Source: Verrucomicrobiota bacterium (GTDB taxonomy: Bacteria > Verrucomicrobiota > Verrucomicrobiia > Verrucomicrobiales > V1-33). From it: a DNA stretch of 64,000 bases. The notes under the pieces are model-generated. The model searched no databases. It was not told the origin of the DNA and worked only from the letters and a program-made list of their open reading frames with translations. How positions within the stretch are numbered: the first letter of the stretch is position 1; each line of letters starts with the position of its first letter. Positions 1-9,360 of the stretch are shown here, piece after piece. Position numbers and translations under genes: made by a program. The DNA lies in NCBI GenBank assembly GCA_003402705.1, contig QQNF01000001.1, positions 74,184-138,183 of the forward strand, read 5' to 3'.

Positions 1-797
1 TCAGCGACCTCAACGACGGCGATACCCGCGCCGTCCTCGCCACCGCCGATCAGGAAAAAGCCGTCCGCGTCATGGTCAAATACGGCATGCTCGCCCTACC
101 CGTCGTCGACGACGACGGGCGTCTCCTCGGCATCATCACCCACGAGGACGCCCTCGAGATCCAGGAGGAAGAAAGCACCGAAGACCTCGAACGCCAGTCG
201 GGGATCGCCGGCGACGCCGCAGAAGAGGTCTACCTCAACACCCCAGTCCTCCGCCACGTCCGCAGGCGCGTCGGCTGGATCGTCTCCCTCGGCTTCCTCG
301 GCCTCGTCTCCGGCAGTGTCATCTATTCCTATCAGAATCAGCTCGGCGCAGTCTTCGCCCTCACCATCTACATGCCCATGATCGTCGCCGCCGGCGGCAA
401 CACCGGTGGCCAAGCCGCCACCATGGTCATCCGCGCCATGTCCCTCGGCGAAATCTCCCCGGCCGCCTTCCTCCGCGTCGCATGGAAGGAACTCCGCGTC
501 GGCCTCACCCTCGGCTCCATCCTCGCCCTCTGCATGACCATCCAGGTCCTCTGGTTCCGACCAGACTTCATGGCCATCGACAGCACACTCCTCCTCCGCT
601 TCGCCGCCACCGTCGCCCTCGCCCTCCTCTCCCAGATCACCGCCTCCACTCTCATCGGAGCCGTCCTCCCCATCGGTGCCCGCGCCATCCGCCTCGACCC
701 AGCCGTCATCGCCAGCCCAGCCATCACCACCATCGTCGACGCCACCGGCCTCCTCATCTACCTCAACCTCGCCCGCGCCATCCTCCCGCTCGGCTGA
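1..797 (+). CDS. mgtE: Mg2+ transporter MgtE, 5' end outside the window
   Basis: The frame is open from the window start. A CBS-like segment (LALPVVDDDGRLLGIITHEDALE) is followed by the MgtE membrane domain (YMPMIVAAGGNTGGQAATMVIRA) and several TM helices. Confidence 0.85.
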   Translation, partial: SDLNDGDTRAVLATADQEKAVRVMVKYGMLALPVVDDDGRLLGIITHEDALEIQEEESTEDLERQSGIAGDAAEEVYLNTPVLRHVRRRVGWIVSLGFLGLVSGSVIYSYQNQLGAVFALTIYMPMIVAAGGNTGGQAATMVIRAMSLGEISPAAFLRVAWKELRVGLTLGSILALCMTIQVLWFRPDFMAIDSTLLLRFAATVALALLSQITASTLIGAVLPIGARAIRLDPAVIASPAITTIVDATGLLIYLNLARAILPLG

Positions 798-811
798 TCC
801 CCCTCATCACA

Positions 812-1591
812 TCATTCCCCCGGCCGCTCCCCGCGCACTTCGTGCTCATAAAGCCGGCTGTGCCTAACAAAGGTCTGATACGCCGTGCTCCACGCAATCC
901 ACAACCCCGGAAACCCATCCAGAAACCCCCGCCGCAGCACATACGCACGGAAAAACCGCCACAACGGCCGCGTCACCGTCGGCAGCAACCGCCACCGCTT
1001 CCCCTCCGCCAGCTGCCGCTTCAGATACTCCCCCGCAAACACATTGATCTTCATCACATACCTCTCCATGTCCGGAAACGAATAATGATGCAGGTCACCA
1101 CGGCACGCCAGCACCGGCCCAGCCACCTCAAGGTAGTCATGCTCAGGACTCCCTCCCCACCGCGCCCCCTCACGCCTCACCAGCCGCAGCTTCCGGTCAG
1201 GATACCAGTCGCCATGCGTGATCCACCGCCCCAGAAACCACACCTTCCGCGGAAAACTCGCACCACTCCACCGCTCCGACCCGCCACCACTGAAAAAAGC
1301 CTCGATCTCCCCGCGCATCTCCGCAGACACTTCCTCATCCGCATCCAGCGCCAGCACCCACGGCTCCACGCACTTCTCCAGCACCGCATTCTTCTGATCC
1401 CGATACCCCAGCCACTCCTGTTCCCACCACACCGCCCCGTGCCGCTCCGCCACCGCCCGTGTCCCATCCGTCGACCCGGAATCCATCACCACAATCTCCG
1501 AACCCAACCCAGCCACACTCGCCAGACACCGCTCCAGATTCCTTTCCTCATTCCGGGTAATTACAGAGATCGATATCGGCAGCCGCTTCAT
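812..1591 (-). CDS. Family 2 glycosyltransferase
   Basis: ATG at 1591 gives MKRLPISISVITRNEERNLERCL...VVMDSGSTDGT...LDADEE, a GT2 N-terminal fold with a DxD-like motif. The longer 408-aa ORF extension upstream is low complexity. Confidence 0.8.
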   Translation of the reverse strand: MKRLPISISVITRNEERNLERCLASVAGLGSEIVVMDSGSTDGTRAVAERHGAVWWEQEWLGYRDQKNAVLEKCVEPWVLALDADEEVSAEMRGEIEAFFSGGGSERWSGASFPRKVWFLGRWITHGDWYPDRKLRLVRREGARWGGSPEHDYLEVAGPVLACRGDLHHYSFPDMERYVMKINVFAGEYLKRQLAEGKRWRLLPTVTRPLWRFFRAYVLRRGFLDGFPGLWIAWSTAYQTFVRHSRLYEHEVRGERPGE

Positions 1592-1706
1592 GTCTCCTCC
1601 ACATGGAACCCCTTCCCCTCCCCATCGCAATCCTTTTCTGCCATCACGGCCGTTGACAGCATCGCCCCAGGCTGACACCCTCCTCCAGTCCCCCAGCCCA
1701 AACCTC

Positions 1707-2978
1707 ATGGCCATTCGTCTGGAAAAAGCGGTGATCCGCGGTGAATTCTCTAACGAAATCCGCGGCCAAGTCACCGGTCGCCTCTGGCTCCTCGGCCTCA
1801 AGGCCCCTCTCATCATCAAACTCTTCGGCGATTGCCTCCGCGATCTCGCAGGCTGCGTCCTCTCCTTCGAAAACCCCAACCCGGAACCGCTCCCCCACCT
1901 CGAACTCCTCGCCCCGATCCAGCAGGGCCCCGTCGGCGACATGACCGCTTCCCGCAAAGCACGCATCCCCACCGTCAGCGAATCCGATCTCCTCGACCTC
2001 CTCGCCAAAGGCAAATCCATCCCCGCCAAACTCTCCAATATCCTCTACCTCGAATGGTTCAGCGATACCAACGGCCGCGTCGTCATCGAGGCCCCGGACT
2101 TCAATGTCTCCCTCAGCGAGGCATTCTGGAAAATGGACCGCCACGACGGCTCCGCTCAGGAACTCGCCAACCAGCACGCCTTCCACGACTACATCGACTC
2201 CATCACAGGCATGGACCCATCCGATGATGACGAGGACGACGAAGAAGACCTCGCCGACGACGAAGACGAAGACTCTTTCGCCAACACCTCCGACCCACGC
2301 ACTTCCTCACCCCACTTCGCCTCCTCCTCTCCGGACGCCTTCGATTCCCCACTCAACGAATTCGAATGGGAACAGGAACTCCGCGACGTCGACCGCCGCG
2401 CCGAAGCCTACGCCGAAGCCTGCGACCGCTACCACAATCACCCCCACCGCGAACGCCTCATCGCCGAAGCCATGGGCTGGGAACCGGAAGACATCGAGGA
2501 AATGAGCCGCCACCTCGCTAGCGTCTCCGACGAAATCGATTTCATCGACCCCACCACCTCCCAGCTCTCCCCAGACGACATCGACGACATCGCCGCTCAA
2601 CACCCACTCAGCCGCCGCGCCGTCACCTTCGCCCTCGGCCTCCAGCGCGACGCCGAAGCCGCCGGCCTCCTCGCACGCGACTGCAATCGGGAAAGCCCAG
2701 TCGTCAGCGTCATCGTCTCCGTCATCGCCCTCGGCGGCAAACTCGCCGCCGCCCTCGACCCGCTCGTCGAAGGCTTCGACCTCGACCCGGGCTTCGTCAT
2801 CGCCATGCTCAAACGCGCCCTCGTCCCCCTCAACGAGGCCCTCCACGCCCTCGCCTCCATCGACACCCGCCCGCTCAAACGCCCCGCCCGCGCATGGATC
2901 CGCCTCGCCCGCCGCGAACTCTTCTCCCTCCGCGCCGACGTCCTCGACCTCATGCAGCAGCTCCGCGCCGCCAGCTGA
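1707..2978 (+). CDS. Hypothetical protein with a strongly acidic central region
   Basis: Long ORF with an ATG at 1707 (MAIRLEKAVIRGEF). It contains a D/E-rich linker (DPSDDDEDDEEDLADDEDED). No family recognised. Confidence 0.5.
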   Translation: MAIRLEKAVIRGEFSNEIRGQVTGRLWLLGLKAPLIIKLFGDCLRDLAGCVLSFENPNPEPLPHLELLAPIQQGPVGDMTASRKARIPTVSESDLLDLLAKGKSIPAKLSNILYLEWFSDTNGRVVIEAPDFNVSLSEAFWKMDRHDGSAQELANQHAFHDYIDSITGMDPSDDDEDDEEDLADDEDEDSFANTSDPRTSSPHFASSSPDAFDSPLNEFEWEQELRDVDRRAEAYAEACDRYHNHPHRERLIAEAMGWEPEDIEEMSRHLASVSDEIDFIDPTTSQLSPDDIDDIAAQHPLSRRAVTFALGLQRDAEAAGLLARDCNRESPVVSVIVSVIALGGKLAAALDPLVEGFDLDPGFVIAMLKRALVPLNEALHALASIDTRPLKRPARAWIRLARRELFSLRADVLDLMQQLRAAS

Positions 2979-2987
2979 CCAACCCGC

Positions 2988-3461
2988 TCACACCCCGCCC
3001 CGCGGCAGCAGCGTGATCCGCTTCATCCGGCTCTCGTCCTCCGGTGCCCACGTCTCCACCTCCGGATCATCCCGGAATAAATGGTGCACCAATCGCCGCT
3101 GGTAACTGTTCATCGGCTCCAGCTTCACCGCCCGACCCCCCTCACGCACCAGATCCGCCTGACGCCGCACCTCGTCCAGAAACACATCGTCCTTCCGCGC
3201 CCGGTACCCGTTCACATCCAGCCGCACCCGCGCCGACCCAGGATGCCGCTGCCGCAGCAGCTTGTTCACCAGAAACTGCAGATCCTCCAGCCGATCCCCA
3301 TCCCGCCCCAGCAACGCATCCGCCTCCTTGTCATCCCCCAGCGTCACCTCCAACCCTGGCGGCCCCCCATCCGACGACTCCACCTCCCACACATCACAGT
3401 CATACCCAAGGTGGTGGAGCATCGTCGAAAGAATCTCCTCAGCAGCAGTTACATCGTTCAT
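2988..3461 (-). CDS. jag: Jag/KhpB-like RNA-binding protein (KH-like + R3H domain), lacking the Jag N-terminal domain
   Basis: The C-terminal LEPMNSYQRRLVHHLF matches the R-x3-H motif of R3H domains. Size and layout fit the KH+R3H part of Jag. Confidence 0.7.
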   Translation of the reverse strand: MNDVTAAEEILSTMLHHLGYDCDVWEVESSDGGPPGLEVTLGDDKEADALLGRDGDRLEDLQFLVNKLLRQRHPGSARVRLDVNGYRARKDDVFLDEVRRQADLVREGGRAVKLEPMNSYQRRLVHHLFRDDPEVETWAPEDESRMKRITLLPRGGV

Positions 3462-3557
3462 GGCAAGGGGGGGTCAGCAACCCCACCCATATGCACCTTT
3501 CCCACGCTGCCAATTGCCGCTCTCGCCTTTTTTTCACACCCCCACCCGCCCCAGAGT

Positions 3558-3580
3558 GGCACAGGCATCCTGCCTGTGAC
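3558..3580. repeat. Copy 1 of the hairpin repeat GGCACAGGCATCCTGCCTGTGAC
   Basis: Perfect 8-bp stem CACAGGCA/TGCCTGTG with a 3-4 nt loop. The same element is at 50736 and 54500. Confidence 0.6.
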
Positions 3581-3616
3581 CTCAATGCCCTCGCACCCAA
3601 ACCGGAAGCGACCTCC

Positions 3617-3702
3617 CGCCCCCCTACCAACAAACTCCCCTCCCCACCCGCAATCATCCCCTTGTCCCAAAGGGACAACCTATACCAGCCTGGGGCATCG
3701 CC
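3617..3702. repeat. Left ~85-bp direct repeat flanking the brnTA cassette
   Basis: About 80% identical by eye to 4514-4601. Shared core: GTCCCAAAG(G/C)GACAACCTATACCAGCCTGG(G/A)GCATCGCCC. Confidence 0.7.
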
Positions 3703-3860
3703 CCAGGAAAGACCCAAAAAACCAACCCAGCCCTGAAGGGGCGCCCTAACTCACATCCGTCCGACCCAACCGCACCTCTCCCAACACGCCCCGTCCCGTT
3801 GGGACGACCGATCAGTAGCCGGGGCGTGCCGCGAGCCACTCGCGGTACCCCCGGTTCCCA

Positions 3861-3891
3861 ACAAAATGACACAGGACCCCATACGGGGTCC
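3861..3891 (-). terminator. Putative intrinsic terminator after brnA
   Basis: On the minus strand, the hairpin GGACCCC-GTAT-GGGGTCC lies 18 nt after the brnA stop and is followed by TGTGTCATTTTGTTGGG. Confidence 0.4.
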
Positions 3892-3908
3892 CCCCCTCTC
3901 CCACCCCG

Positions 3909-4130
3909 TCATTTCTCCTTCACCTTCCACTCCAGACTCAGCTTCCGACGATGCTCCGCACAGTCACGCAGATAAAGATTGATCAGATTCTGATATGGAA
4001 TCCCAGTCTCCAGCGCCATCCGCTTGAAGTATTCAATCACATCCATCTCCAGTCGGATCGTCACCGCCTTCTTCTCATTCTTCGTGTATGGATTGCGAAC
4101 GGCGTTCGTGAAATCGTACTCGGCTCTCAT
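3909..4130 (-). CDS. brnA: BrnA antitoxin (ribbon-helix-helix)
   Basis: MRAEYDFTNAVRNPY...KAVTIRLEMDVIEYFKRMALETGIPYQNLINLYLRDC is typical of BrnA. Its ATG overlaps the brnT stop (ATGA at 4127-4130). Confidence 0.75.
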   Translation of the reverse strand: MRAEYDFTNAVRNPYTKNEKKAVTIRLEMDVIEYFKRMALETGIPYQNLINLYLRDCAEHRRKLSLEWKVKEK

Positions 4131-4417
4131 GATTTTCTCTCCCAATATGGTTTCTGTTCCTTTGTTCCTGCCCGCCTCGCTGAAATAATCCGGATCACTC
4201 CCTCGGCCCGATGACAATGCACCACGACCAAGGCCCTGCCCTCGTCGCTCATCCCGAGAATGATGAACCGATCCTCAACCAGCGAATGGTCCGGATCAGG
4301 AATCACCAGCGCATCCTCGTCAGAGAACACGGATCGCGCCTCCCCAAATGTGACCCCGTGCTTCTTCTCGTTGGAAGCAGCCTTCTCAGGATCCCACTCG
4401 AACTTCAGCTCAGCCAT
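4127..4417 (-). CDS. brnT: BrnT toxin (DUF497 ribonuclease)
   Basis: MAELKFEWDPEKAASNEKKHGVTFGEARSVFSDEDALVIPD matches the BrnT signature (FEWD..K...N..KHGV.F.EA). A GTG at 4423 is an alternative start. Confidence 0.8.
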   Translation of the reverse strand: MAELKFEWDPEKAASNEKKHGVTFGEARSVFSDEDALVIPDPDHSLVEDRFIILGMSDEGRALVVVHCHRAEGVIRIISARRAGTKEQKPYWERKS

Positions 4418-4513
4418 GGACACAGCAATACACCATATTGCTGCCGGACTTCAAGTCCTCATCTCGAAGGCCCCTCTCCTAACCCGCCACCGGGTCCGCC
4501 AGACACCATGCTC

Positions 4514-4601
4514 GCCCCCCTCCCAACAACCTCCCCCTCCCCTCCCTCCATCATCCACTCGTCCCAAAGCGACAACCTATACCAGCCTGGAGCATCGCCC
4601 G
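4514..4601. repeat. Right ~85-bp direct repeat flanking the brnTA cassette
   Basis: Pairs with 3617-3702 in the same orientation. Confidence 0.7.
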
Positions 4602-4937
4602 AACCTCACAACTCCCGCAGGCTCTCTCAATCGCCCCAACCCCGTACCGCGTTGCCCACCTCCCAACCCGCCCTCCCCACCTTCGCCTCAACACACCAAG
4701 CCATTCGTGTCCATTCGTGACATCCGTGGTCCCTAAACCCAACCCTCCCCAACTCCCGCCACGCGACCTCGCCCCAGCACGCCGGATCCGTCCGAACCTC
4801 ACCCTCCCGAAGCCGAAGGCTTAACAGAACTTAGCCGGTGGCGTCAGCCAGCGGTCTAACATTCTCATATATCTCCGCCCCGGCAGGGGCGGCAGACCTC
4901 TTCGATACAAACCAAATCCGCATTCAGGCATGCGCCA

Positions 4938-5264
4938 TTACACGCTCGGGGCACTATTTCGAAAAAACGGCTCCCTTCCGGCTTCGAATCCAACGTGCAG
5001 TCGCAACGCATCTCCACCGCCACGCACATGAAGCATGAAACCGCCACAGACATCCTCCGAACCCATGTTGAACTCGATGGAGAATGTGGGGCGGTCCAAA
5101 ATACCCCAACTTGGATCAGTAAAATCAACGTCCGGAATGACCCGCCGAATCTCACTGATGACCTCTGATCGTGGCCCGAGTGGCGACGGCCGAAAGTCAT
5201 CGGGAATCTCGCCAACACATGTCGCAGACTCTGGAAGATGCTGAATACTGATGTCCCGACTCAT
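4938..5264 (-). CDS. Hypothetical protein, possibly frameshifted at its 3' end
   Basis: 108-aa ORF with an ATG at 5264. An overlapping ORF (4865-5218) in another frame continues plausibly after about 5010. No family recognised. Confidence 0.35.
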   Translation of the reverse strand: MSRDISIQHLPESATCVGEIPDDFRPSPLGPRSEVISEIRRVIPDVDFTDPSWGILDRPTFSIEFNMGSEDVCGGFMLHVRGGGDALRLHVGFEAGREPFFRNSAPSV

Positions 5265-5413
5265 GACGATTTAAGCGAACGTCAAAGAGCACGCACCCCT
5301 ATCAGCGAGGGCGAGCGTCGATCAATGGGTTGAGGTTGAAACCACGAAAGATCATGTAAAGAGGGCGGCTGATAGGGGTTGCTGTGTCTCGTCTTGTTCG
5401 GCTTCTCCGATTA

Positions 5414-5776
5414 TCACTTTCGAAATGGATTACCAATCGCTCGCCAAATGAAAAGCAAAGTTATCGTGTGAAATACTGCGATCCCAAGATTACTGATCAC
5501 CACAGGGTTATGAAACGTTCCTACCGCTAAAGGCGTCGTAATCTTGTAGATTATCTGCACCGACAATAGTGCGGCAACGGATCTTGGTTCGCGAAATGCG
5601 AGCAACAGGAAAGAGGCGATTAGGATGCTTAGATAAACTGAAAGGAGAATACCTCGCGCAGGTGTCGCCTCGCCATAGCTTGCCTGTGACCAGCTCGCAT
5701 CGGTAATGAGACCAGCGCAGACCGGAATGAGCACGGCAATGTTTAAGAGCAACGAGAATACAATCAGCCTTTTCAT
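5414..5776 (-). CDS. Small integral membrane protein (about 4 TM helices)
   Basis: MKRLIVFSLLLNIAVLIPVCAGL... has four hydrophobic segments. It lies in a locally AT-richer stretch. Confidence 0.6.
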   Translation of the reverse strand: MKRLIVFSLLLNIAVLIPVCAGLITDASWSQASYGEATPARGILLSVYLSILIASFLLLAFREPRSVAALLSVQIIYKITTPLAVGTFHNPVVISNLGIAVFHTITLLFIWRAIGNPFRK

Positions 5777-5979
5777 ATGGGATGTGAATCTATTTGGAGG
5801 ACTAACATTGAGGAAATCGAGAGAAATAGGGAGTCAATTTCTTTGCAGAACGTCTAGGCTGTGCCGACCGCCGGGGCGGGGGTGAGCGCGGAGACGGGAC
5901 GGCGGGTTGACGTCACGGAAAGCATTGTCGCCACAGCGGTCCCAGCGGTTGCCCAGCCGCGCCTTGTTCTGCTTCTTGT

Positions 5980-6501
5980 TCATGGGTTGGCGATTCGTCG
6001 AATCTTGCTTGGTGATGCACCGGGCAAATTTGGCTTCTTACCGTCGATGAAGATCTGCCACACGGCGACATGGAGCGCAAGAAAGCCGTCTTCCAGCCTT
6101 CCTTGTTGCTTCCAACCGACTAGAAGACCATCCCGCGTCCAAACGCAATCCGTGAATCTCTCCTGCTTCGTGATAAAACTTCTGGCTTCCGAGTAATTGG
6201 AGAAATGCTGTTGGCCCTCTTCTAGCACTGCATGCATCGTCCCGTCTCCGGTAGGCCGATACATCCCGAGGCTACCATACCATCTTTCCTGTCTCGTCTG
6301 ATGTCTGAATGTCTTGTCGTAACCATCCCAAATGTATCTTCGTGTGTATCGATCAACATGGGAAATCTGCATGGTTCCTTGTGATGTTGTGGCCTCAATA
6401 ACGCTCCCCGGCCCCATCACCAACTCCGCATTTGGATTGTCTGGCACGGACGCGCACGAGCAGAGCAGTAACGCCATGAGCAGGTGGAAAATATTCTTCA
6501 T
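5980..6501 (-). CDS. Putative lipoprotein
   Basis: ATG at 6501 gives MKNIFHLLMALLLCSCASV, a signal peptide with an LLLCSC lipobox. The longer 277-aa ORF extension is Trp/Gly/Arg-rich and looks non-coding. Confidence 0.6.
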   Translation of the reverse strand: MKNIFHLLMALLLCSCASVPDNPNAELVMGPGSVIEATTSQGTMQISHVDRYTRRYIWDGYDKTFRHQTRQERWYGSLGMYRPTGDGTMHAVLEEGQQHFSNYSEARSFITKQERFTDCVWTRDGLLVGWKQQGRLEDGFLALHVAVWQIFIDGKKPNLPGASPSKIRRIANP

Positions 6502-6727
6502 TTCTTTGCAGAACAGTCTATCATCCCACCAGATCCGATGAATTATCCACCTGCAACCAAGGCACCGGATCGTGTCCCTACGACTCTCAATTCCCTGATG
6601 TTCAACGGATATGATCGGATGCTCCCAACAATATCCGACCCAATCGGCATTGCAAGAGATTCCAACAATTCTTCCAGCCACGCAGCCCATCCGGCCATCC
6701 CCGGAACTCACGTGCCCACTCCCTTGG

Positions 6728-7100
6728 TCACCCACCCAACCCCATCGCCTCAGACCCTCTCCGCCCCAAGTTCCCCGTCCCACGACCATCGACTGGAACC
6801 ACCTGAGCGCCATTCTGGCCTGTCCAATTGTAAGCCATGACGGAAAACCCCTCGCAGTACCCCTTGGGCGAGAAGCTCAGGACCATACGCAGGATCCATG
6901 TCCGGCGCCGCTTCCCGTCGGTATCGACCACCATCGGCCCCTGCATGAAATCGACCTGCACCTCTTCCCCGGGCTGCGACTCGACCCTCCACACGGAGTG
7001 TCCTCAAAAGGTCCGTCCACCTGTCGGAGATCCCGTGGAACCAACAACAGACGCAGGTTTGTCTTGGTTGCCTTCGCAGTCCTCACGTATCTTCGTCCGC
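6728..7100 (-). pseudogene. Remnant of an IS21-family (IstA-like) transposase catalytic core
   Basis: The fragment QPGEEVQVDFMQGPMVV....RRTWILRMVLSFSPKGYCEGF resembles the IstA DDE region (PGE.xQVDxG ... VxVLxYSR). It is preceded by an in-frame stop and followed by frame decay. Confidence 0.5.
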
Positions 7101-7122
7101 TTTTGACAAGCCCATTGGCTGG

Positions 7123-7836
7123 ATGAAACCCACCCTCACGCTCCTCACCGCGGTGTTCCTCGCACCGCTGGCCGCGCTGCACGCCGCTGAACCATTCCCA
7201 ACCCCCGCCGCCCTCTGGAAGGACTACGACCCCGATCAGGGAGACTTCAAGGAGGAGGTCGTCAAAGAGGAAACGCGGGACGGCATCCTCAACCGGGACT
7301 CTTACATCAGCGCCTATGTGCTCGGTGAGGAGATCCGTGGTTACTGCCGATACCGCGTGAAGGTGGGTGCGACGAAGGCTCCGGGCCTGCTGGCGGTGCA
7401 TGGCTGGATGGGCGCGGCGGAGCCGGACCGGAAGTTTGTCGAAGACGGCTGGGCGGTGATGGCGCATGACTACTGCGGCCGGACGGGAGATCGCCCCCAC
7501 TTCACGAAGTATCCAGAGAAGCTGCGGCACGGAAACATGGATCGAACGGTGGCGGGCCCGGTGCGGGCGCAGGACCTGGACGGAAAGCAAATCACCGATC
7601 CGAGGCAGACTTCCGACTACGTGTGGTATGCCATCCAGCGCCGGGTGCTGAGCTATCTCGAGCAGGCGGGTTCAGTTTTTCCTCGGAGAAAATGCGATAA
7701 CAATGCGGCTCAAGGTCTTGTGGGTAGGAGAGAAGACGTGTCGAGAAAATACTCCGAGGCCAAAGATTGGCATTGCCTTGCTGCGCTCGATTGCCGTACT
7801 GGGAAGGGATCGGTCTCGATTAGCCTTGAAAGTTAA
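7123..7836 (+). pseudogene. Secreted alpha/beta hydrolase (acetylxylan-esterase/dienelactone-hydrolase-like), apparently truncated at the 3' end
   Basis: A signal peptide and a conserved-looking N-terminal half run to ...YAIQRRVLSYLEQ (about 7665). There GC content drops, the sequence becomes unrelated, and no GxSxG nucleophile is present. Confidence 0.45.
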
Positions 7837-7842
7837 ATCCAC

Positions 7843-9360
7843 ATGAGAAATTTACTAGTTAAAATTCTGCTCGGTTCGGCGTCAGTGCTGCCAACGAGCG
7901 CCGCTGTCACGTCAGTGTCATTCTGGGCCTATGACCGGTACGCTGAGAATTCTCCGTACTACACCCATTATGGGATTGTTGGTCCGAACGTGGTTATGGC
8001 GACGATTGATATGATGGATCGTGGATGGGGATTCAACGCCTCGGGTACTTCATCGTACCACGTCACAGTGAGCACCCCGACGGTGCAGGACATTGTTTCA
8101 AGGCCTCTCCGATCTGTTGGCTGGCACCAGTTCGAGTACACGTTAGACGAAGTGGCGGATCTGCTTGAGATCCGAATGAATGGTGATTTGTTGATCGCAA
8201 CGTCGACCACAGAGACTCTCGACATTTTCTACTTCAATTTGCATAACTATTACGGCGGCACCCAGGCGGCGGTCATCGATGATTTCGAGGTGACCTGTGA
8301 TGGCGTGAGCATCTATCAGGAGGGCTTTGAGAGCCCGACTCTTCCGGCGGGATGGTTTGGGTTGCATTTCAATCCAGGGACATACATCGCTCCTGGCGAT
8401 TCAACGACTGTGCGAAGCGGAACTGGGAGTATGGCTCTGGGAACGTCAACGATGGGCGACCTGTACATTGGGGTCGCCTTCGATCTGTCTGCGTGGGCAC
8501 CCTCGGCCGTGCCTGAGCCCACGACTGGAATTCTGAGCGTAATTTTCATCGGTTGTGTTGTTTCGAGGAGATCACGGCGGCCCCATGTCTCCTCACATCT
8601 CGCTCTCACGACACTGATCGTAGTATGCTTCCTCTCGCAATTTCCGACGTCCGCCAGCGCATCCACGATCTTCACCGATCGCACGTCTTTCAATGCAGCC
8701 ACCGCAGCGTTCGAGAGAAAGACGAACGATTTCGATTCGATCGTTGGAACAGATGTCCCGGCAAATTACCCTTACGGTGTTGGTTACGAAACGGGATCTC
8801 CGCAAGGCATAACTGTGGATGGTGTTAATTTCCTTGGTCGCGGTCCTTTTGAGAATTGGGAAACCTATGTTCTTCGGGACGACAATGCTGGTGGATACTA
8901 TGACCTAGATGACAATATAGACGGAAATTTTGTTGTTCTAGTTGGCAGGCAATACGGACAGATTTCGTTTGATCCAGCTGTGCATGCATTCGGTTTCGAT
9001 TACAGGCTCGACAGGGGCGTTGGTGATTACCCTGTCCCAGGCTCTCTAAAAGCCACAATATATTTCGATGGAGGAGAAACGAGTGATTATGTGATGGATA
9101 CGGTGGATGGAGCGCTGTTTTTTGGGGTTTATTCTGCTGCGTCAATCGAGCGCGTTTCATTCAACAACACGGTGCCACTCATTCCGTACCCAACCTGGAG
9201 TCCTTATCTGCTTGTCGACAACATGACTTTGGCTTCCGTCTCCGCTGTTCCCGAACCATCTTCATGCCTCGCATCTTGCACCGTCGCCGGTTTCGCATTC
9301 GGCATCGTCGGCCGCAGAAGGCGAGTTTGTCAGGCCGTTTGGCACCACCGAGCCGGTTGA
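7843..9360 (+). CDS. Read-through ORF containing two complete PEP-CTERM modules
   Basis: An internal AVPEPTTGILSVIFIGCVVSRRSRR is followed by a signal-peptide-like HLALTTLIVVCFLSQFPTSASAS. A second AVPEPSSCLASCTVAGFAFGIVGRRRR lies near the C-terminus. Confidence 0.6.
   Translation: MRNLLVKILLGSASVLPTSAAVTSVSFWAYDRYAENSPYYTHYGIVGPNVVMATIDMMDRGWGFNASGTSSYHVTVSTPTVQDIVSRPLRSVGWHQFEYTLDEVADLLEIRMNGDLLIATSTTETLDIFYFNLHNYYGGTQAAVIDDFEVTCDGVSIYQEGFESPTLPAGWFGLHFNPGTYIAPGDSTTVRSGTGSMALGTSTMGDLYIGVAFDLSAWAPSAVPEPTTGILSVIFIGCVVSRRSRRPHVSSHLALTTLIVVCFLSQFPTSASASTIFTDRTSFNAATAAFERKTNDFDSIVGTDVPANYPYGVGYETGSPQGITVDGVNFLGRGPFENWETYVLRDDNAGGYYDLDDNIDGNFVVLVGRQYGQISFDPAVHAFGFDYRLDRGVGDYPVPGSLKATIYFDGGETSDYVMDTVDGALFFGVYSAASIERVSFNNTVPLIPYPTWSPYLLVDNMTLASVSAVPEPSSCLASCTVAGFAFGIVGRRRRVCQAVWHHRAG

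Noticed and set aside
482-1675. 397-aa plus-strand ORF, extremely Pro/Arg/His-rich
   Set aside because: It is antisense to the well-supported mgtE end and the GT2 gene. Its low-complexity composition is typical of shadow ORFs in high-GC DNA.
4975-4995. GGCTTCGAATCC, a T-loop-like string
   Set aside because: There are no flanking complementary stems or cloverleaf, and it lies inside an ORF.
5860-5992. GC-rich patch encoding a 49-aa minus-strand ORF (MNKKQNKARLGNRWDRCGDNAFRDV...)
   Set aside because: It might be a fragment of a mobile-element gene (it lies downstream of the IS21 remnant), but no family signature is recognisable. It also overlaps the end of the lipoprotein gene.
6877-7590. 237-aa minus-strand ORF
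   Set aside because: It is antisense to the hydrolase gene, which has a signal peptide and conserved-looking sequence. This ORF is Arg/His/Leu-rich.
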